Positions 58,037 to 64,000 of a stretch of DNA of 64,000 bases are shown one piece after another. Under the pieces are notes generated by a model, which did no database searches, had not been told where the DNA came from, and saw only the letters and a program-made list of their open reading frames with translations. The position numbers were made by a program, and so were the translations under genes. Within the stretch, counting starts at the first letter, position 1. The number at the start of each line of letters is the position of its first letter. The stretch comes from Bugula neritina. Its lineage: Eukaryota; Animalia; Bryozoa. The stretch lies in assembly GCA_964035545.1 (NCBI GenBank), contig OZ037772.1:2976001-3040000 (forward strand), in the 5' to 3' direction.

Positions 58037-61013
58037 TTAGTAGAGGGTATAAAGCACTGAGCTGGAAAAGAAATATATTATAGGTAATATATTATGGTAA
58101 TATAGGTAATATTATTGAGGTAATTGGTATAAAGTATAGACCTATCACTGATAGTATCAGCTACCAGTTACTTAGTCTTACAGTTACTACTTTAACTTAT
58201 AAATTACTACTCAACTGCTTGGAATCATTTGTCTTTGATCATATTCATATTGATATTGGCATTGTCATTGTGATTGTAATAACTATTAATATTTTTAGTT
58301 CAACATCAATGCCGAACATATTGTAATAACTAATAAGATAACCATAATGTTAATATATTTTGCTAATAGTTATAGTAATAGTAATTCAGTGTCACTCTCA
58401 CTCTGTCACTGTCAGTGTGAGTGGTCGTGGACTGGTGGAGTGAGACTCAGACTTAGAGACAGAGTGACTCCGAGTAAGTCTGAGTGTTGGTAATAATAAT
58501 AGTCATATAAATTTAAATTATATTTACTTATTACTGGCAATCACAATGGCAATAGTTATAGTAACTTTCACTTACTCTTAAATCATTGAATCTGAACTAA
58601 AAGTAAAATTAAGCATTATGATTATGATCATCATTATGATTATTTATGATTATACCTATGATTTTATTATGTTTAAATTAAAAATTAATATCATGATAAT
58701 ATCATAGTGATGAACATAATGATAAATGATAATATAAAAGTAAATCGATAAAATATACATTGATTTTGAATCATGGTGATACTTATATTCGTACCGGTAC
58801 TGATAGTGATAGTAATACTAATAGTAATAGTAATAGTCATTTAAATTTAAATAATATTTACTCATTACTGGCAATCACAACGGCAATAGTAACTTAAACT
58901 GTAACAGTAATGGTATGGGTATGTTTGAAATTGTCACCATCAGTATTGCTATGAGTCAAAATATAATGCTATCATACCAATAATTTAAAATAGTATTACA
59001 AAGCTTCATTTGTAACTTTTACTTGTACCAATTTGGAATTTTGAGTTATACATATTCTTAGTTAAAGTCTTCAAGTTTATTGTCAAAGTGAACTTGAAAT
59101 TAAACACTCAGTGCCTCAGTGGTAAAAATTAAACTAAGACTGACTGTAAGTGACTAAAATTAAAAATAAGTAATTTTAAATATCGATTTAGTATTTTTCT
59201 TACTCTGTGTCTTAAAATTGATTTTTTTTTTCTATTTCTATTACTATTGCTATTAGTATAGTTGACTTAAATTTAATAATAGATATGATTATATCTTTAT
59301 AAATGTGATCTTTGATTTTATGAATAGTAATTCGAAAACTCTTTGTTATTATTTATTTTTGATCATTGTAGTTATTATCATTATATTTGTATAATAATTA
59401 TGATTATCAACTTCAATATCGATATTTGTATCATGATATGGATATCTGCCTCCATCCCATGTTCCATCCCATGTTCTATTTTGCAGTGCCTTTTTACATT
59501 CCTGTCTAGGTTCACATTGCGATGGTCATACTGATAGCACTTGGGGATAGTGAGGAGCATAATGATTATCACTAATATTAAGATTATCGTTATTAGGATT
59601 TAGAATAATTTAATAAACAAGCAACTTAAAGCAAATGTTTTTACTAATACAGATATTAATTAATAATATAAATATAATACTATGAATATTATAATTATTA
59701 TACTTTACAATTCAAAGTAAGATAATCATAATACGAACTGGTAAAACTAAATATAAAGTAAACGTAATAATACTAATAGTAGTTATTCATTCTTCTTTGG
59801 TTTCACATACTAGTAATTGGAAACCTCTGTCCTAATATTATTTCTATTATTATTGCTCAAAGTTTGATCCCCACTTAATTTTATAGTTCACTCACCAGCT
59901 ACATAATTTTATTAAAATACATGTGGTATTAGTTATAGTAATAGTGAAACTTGAAGTTGAATAGCATGCTTATTACTCACTGCTTTTTGCTTACATTATT
60001 AGGGTTACTCTTTAGTCTTAGAGATACCCTAACATAAACTTGAAAGCTGGAGGTAGTACTAGTCTGGTGCTGTGTTAATTCTACACTGTTGACTTATCAA
60101 CACTGTGACTATAATTATGACTCCTAAGTCAAAGTCATTTTCATATAGTAGTAATCACTATGACAGACTGAAAGTCAGGATGATTAAATATAATGATGAA
60201 GTGTGTAAGAATAAATCATAATTCTTCAATTATAAAGATAAATGGATAAAAATTGCAATCATAGTTTAATGTGCCTATTTTAAGCTGTCAATTTAATTAC
60301 TATAATATAAGTGCCCAAAGTACAACTTTTGATTTTCATAATTATGTTTTAATTTAATACAGATACCATAGTATCATATACGGTAGAATCAGTTGTATCT
60401 TATTTAATAATAAAATAACTTTTTGCAGCTTTCACAGTTATTAATTATTCACTTGTTAGTCTTTGAACTAGGACAATGTTAGAAACTTGAAGTAGAATGA
60501 AGTTTGATTTCAGTTACCGCAATGGTATCTGCAGTCACAATAGGGATATGCATATAACTATGTTTATATTTGTGAAAAATATATAGTCAAAACTAGATAA
60601 GGTAATAGTAATTATAGTTAGTTTCACTTTTAATATATTCCTATAAACTGGGAAATAGACAGAAGCATTTAATCATGAAAGTAAACCTAATGGAAGTAAA
60701 TCAATTCACTAAGTATAGTAAAATATTTACTATTCAGTGAGTTTATTTACTTTAGTTAATTGTACTTGATTATTTCTGTTGGTTTTTCAGTTGGTTTTTC
60801 TGCCTTTTGCTATAGCATATCAAACTACCACAAAGTCATGCTTCAATATTACAATGTTAAACATAGTGTTACTGTGTAATGTTATCGTAATGTGATACTA
60901 ATATTTGGATCATTGTAAGTGTTTCTGTTGTTGTACTGATTGATAAATATTTTTTAGCTTGCATGGATATTTAATACCATCAAGGTGTCATTTGAACCGG
61001 GACTGGAATAAAG

Positions 61014-62328
61014 ATGGCAAATCGAGAAGCTAGCTACAATTCTTCTGCAGAAAGAAACTTGGTAAGCAATAATAAGCTGCAGCATAAAGCAGTAAGCAAA
61101 ATGGAGATGAATTTTGCTTGATTTTGATTGACCTTAAAATGTCTGGTCACCTTTTACCGCCGTGGTCCTGCGCGGTTGGCGGGTGACCTTAAAATGTCTG
61201 ATGCACGTAAAATAAATTTTGTGACAGTCTAAAGTATGCTGATCTTTTTTGTATTTCAATGCATCGGTGTCTTAGCTTAAGAGCTGAACCCAACAATTTT
61301 GATTTAAAGCTGTTTTTTACGAGAAAGTGATTTTACTGTCTTTCTGATTATTCTTGGTTTTTCAGCTTGATGAATTGAATAAATGGAATTGATTTTGGAT
61401 ATTATGTAATGGATGAAAGAAATTTTTCTTAAATTTGTACTGAGCAATTTTTGCTATGGCTATGATGTTTAGTGATAAAATTGCACCCTTAATAACCCTG
61501 AAAACTTTCATTACTAGCATTTGTTTATGTTCATTTTTAGGAAATTAAAACGAAGACACAACTCACCGATGCTATCTCACTGTGCCTGCATGCAGCTTAT
61601 CTAAAAAGGTACTCCTATTAGCTGGCTCTTGCCCAATACCTGGTTGTCTCTGTAACTATTTTTTGCTCGCAGATGAGTTTTTTGAACTTGACATTTTATT
61701 GATTTTGAACGTTATAGTGAGCTTTGAACTTGCTAGCATCGTTTTTAAAGACTTGCTGCAGTTTTTATCAACATTTTTTAAGTCAATGGTGTTAGTTTGG
61801 AAGCTCTCTCACTCCTCTCTCTGTCTCTTTCTCCCACACCTTCCACTCAACCTCTCTCTCTTTCTCTCCCTCTCTCCCACCCTCCCTCTCTCCCACCTTC
61901 TCCCTCTCTCTCCCACTCTCTGTCTTTCCCACCTTCTCTCTCTCCTAACCTTACTCTCCTCCCTTTTCCACTATCTCTCTGACTCTCTCCCTTTCTCTCT
62001 TCTACCCCATCTCTCTTCCATCCTCTCTCCTAACCTTTCTCTCCCACCCCCCTCTCCCACTCTCTTTCTCTCTCTAGTTTGCATGGCTTTACCCAATTTT
62101 GGTTTATTTTTTTATTTTGTTTCAGAGTATCCAAAAGGAAAGCTAAAATTTATTTAATATATATTATACTAACTTGAGCTTTACATATAACATCAAATAA
62201 ATGCTGTGTTTTGTTAAAACAATGTTTGCAACTTTGTAGTATATTCAAATTCATAATTTATTTGTAGAGTCACACAACAAGACACTACTCTGACACACTC
62301 ACAAGTTGCCACTGATCCAGCAGTATAG
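61014..62328 (+). other. Possible spliced small ORF or lncRNA exons (58 aa if translated)
   Basis: GT-AG, phase-compatible exons 61014-61061, 61541-61608, 62268-62328 give MANREASYNSSAERNLEIKTKTQLTDAISLCLHAAYLKRVTQQDTTLTHSQVATDPAV*; no recognisable domain. Confidence 0.22.
61805..62075. repeat. Degenerate CT-rich polypyrimidine tract
   Basis: Seen directly. Confidence 0.85.
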
Positions 62329-64000
62329 ATGATTGTTTTCTCCACTGGCTATGCTGTCACGCTTTACTGATGTGGTGTTTGAAACAATCCAATTGTTTGC
62401 CTACGCAGATTAGGGTGAGAAAAAAAGTGAGAAATGAAAGCTGTTTTTAACACCAACTACACTTAGTTTTTATTGAATGAAAAACAAAGTGAAATCATTA
62501 GTTATCAGTTAAATGACTAAATCACTGTTTATAAAGATGAAACACAAATAATCTTATAATATGCTAATGAAATTTGGCTTTCAAATAGCTTTTTTCTGTA
62601 TATTTGTTGAGGAAGTTTATCTTCAACAAAACTTCGTAGCTGTTGAATATGTGGAGAGTATTTTATGTTGCATAAATTTATAGAGTAAAAGGTTCTCATC
62701 AAACTTTTACAACTTAGCTCATCTACGGTTTAAAAGTGTGAGTCACCCTTCACACTAGAGTTTTATAAAGTTTTAATGAATGTGCAGTATTTCATAAAAT
62801 ATTGTGTGTCTCGTAAATTTAGCTATTTATACCTTTTCAGTGAGATTGGAGTAAACACACCTCAAAATTCACATCTGGTATCACATTGATCTATCGCAAG
62901 TCAAAGTACACCTACTAACTCGTCCTTCCTTAATACCTGCTTGCTTTTGCACTTCTACTCATTTCATATACGTAACATTTCTCTTGCAGATGAATTACAT
63001 CTTTTAAGTTGTAAAAGCCTTAAATAGCATGAAATTAATGAGGTTTAAACCGTGGCCACACTAACTATTGATGCGTTTATTGATGGGTTAAATTACACGA
63101 AAATATTGTCTCTTTCTTTTTAGTTTCACCTAAAGTATTACATACTATTGATGGAGGCTTTGCTGAAGTTATTGGGTGATGATTTGTCAATACTTTTCCA
63201 GAGAAGATGATGCCACATTGGCTGGCGTCATTATGCAGTTTCCAAATTTCTTTCGGGTTTGCTCTAGTGAAAATGTTGGAAAACAATCAACAAAAAGGTT
63301 TGTACCATAAACGAAGTTATTGTGTGCATGTTGCCAAAGCATAAAGTGTGCCGGACATTTTTAAGTTTCTGTTGAGTTGCGTTGATGCTTTTCCTGCATG
63401 AAAAAAGTTCCAGTTTCAGTTAATATCACTTGCCGAGTACCCACCTATGTTTTAAATCATATTGATGTATTGATGCATAAGTTCTTTTTGTAATATTAAA
63501 AGTATAACTTGCCAAATTGCTATTCAATGCCCATTGAAGTTTCCAACTGTAATTAATTAGTTGATTTGGCAGCATAGTATCGATGATTGATGAAGGCAGC
63601 CGATATAATTATAAGCATAAATATCTATATCTACATGAAGATGTCATTCCCAATGATTGTTATTCTGAAATCAGCTGATTAAGTTATCACAAACTAAACA
63701 TTTTGACCAGCGGCTTTTACAATGCAACTCGGTGAAATTTTAGACCTAGATGAATTGAATTTCTTACTGAAAATCGTGAAGGTATTAAAGTTTAAAGTGA
63801 AAGTTTAAAGGGTCATCTCTCTGCGAATTCTAATAGCATGGTGCCAATTAGACTTGAAAAAATTTCAAGGCACTATAAAGCACTAAGCCCATTCTTACAA
63901 GTAGTTTCAAAGTGCACTGGAATTTCAGTTTACTTGTCATTGTATAGAATCCTGATCTACACTATATAGCATTCACTATTGCCTGCTTCTTCTAAGCATC

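Noticed and set aside
61582-62157. 191-aa Leu/Ser/Pro-rich ORF
   Set aside because: Largely a translation of the CT-rich tract.

Overview
AT-rich, CpG-depleted, intron-containing genomic DNA from an invertebrate animal (taxon not determinable from sequence alone; not prokaryotic, no CRISPR, rRNA or tRNA seen). Two apparently intact spliced genes: a 7-coding-exon TRIM-type gene (RING, B-box1, B-box2, coiled coil, NHL-like propeller; 620 aa; + strand 6864-14634) and a C6orf136/DUF2358-like gene (- strand, ~18263-24690, ends unresolved). From ~28 to ~57 kb lies a mosaic of intron-retaining gene fragments, most with stops or frameshifts: Cys-rich exons, the 3' part of a fibrillar collagen (COLFI), a PACT-domain (pericentrin/AKAP9-like) 3' end, an orphan exon, a CLASP C-terminus and an unidentified minus-strand remnant. 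Mobile DNA includes hAT-type non-autonomous elements (one carrying a nested TTAA-TSD Kolobok-like element), a PIF/Harbinger-like MITE, a 5'-truncated CR1/L2-like LINE and a decayed R4/Dong-like RLE retrotransposon. Many introns are filled by their own private minisatellite. Most long ORFs in the supplied track are repeat translations. Most unusual signals: (i) a recurrent architecture of 6-bp-periodic DNA with an ACT/AGT core flanking three putative promoters; (ii) a 2184-nt intron made of 21-bp units that stays open and in frame with its host gene, encoding ~100 coiled-coil-like heptads; (iii) the stacked pseudogene mosaic. All gene models are manual reads and need RNA-seq or homology confirmation.
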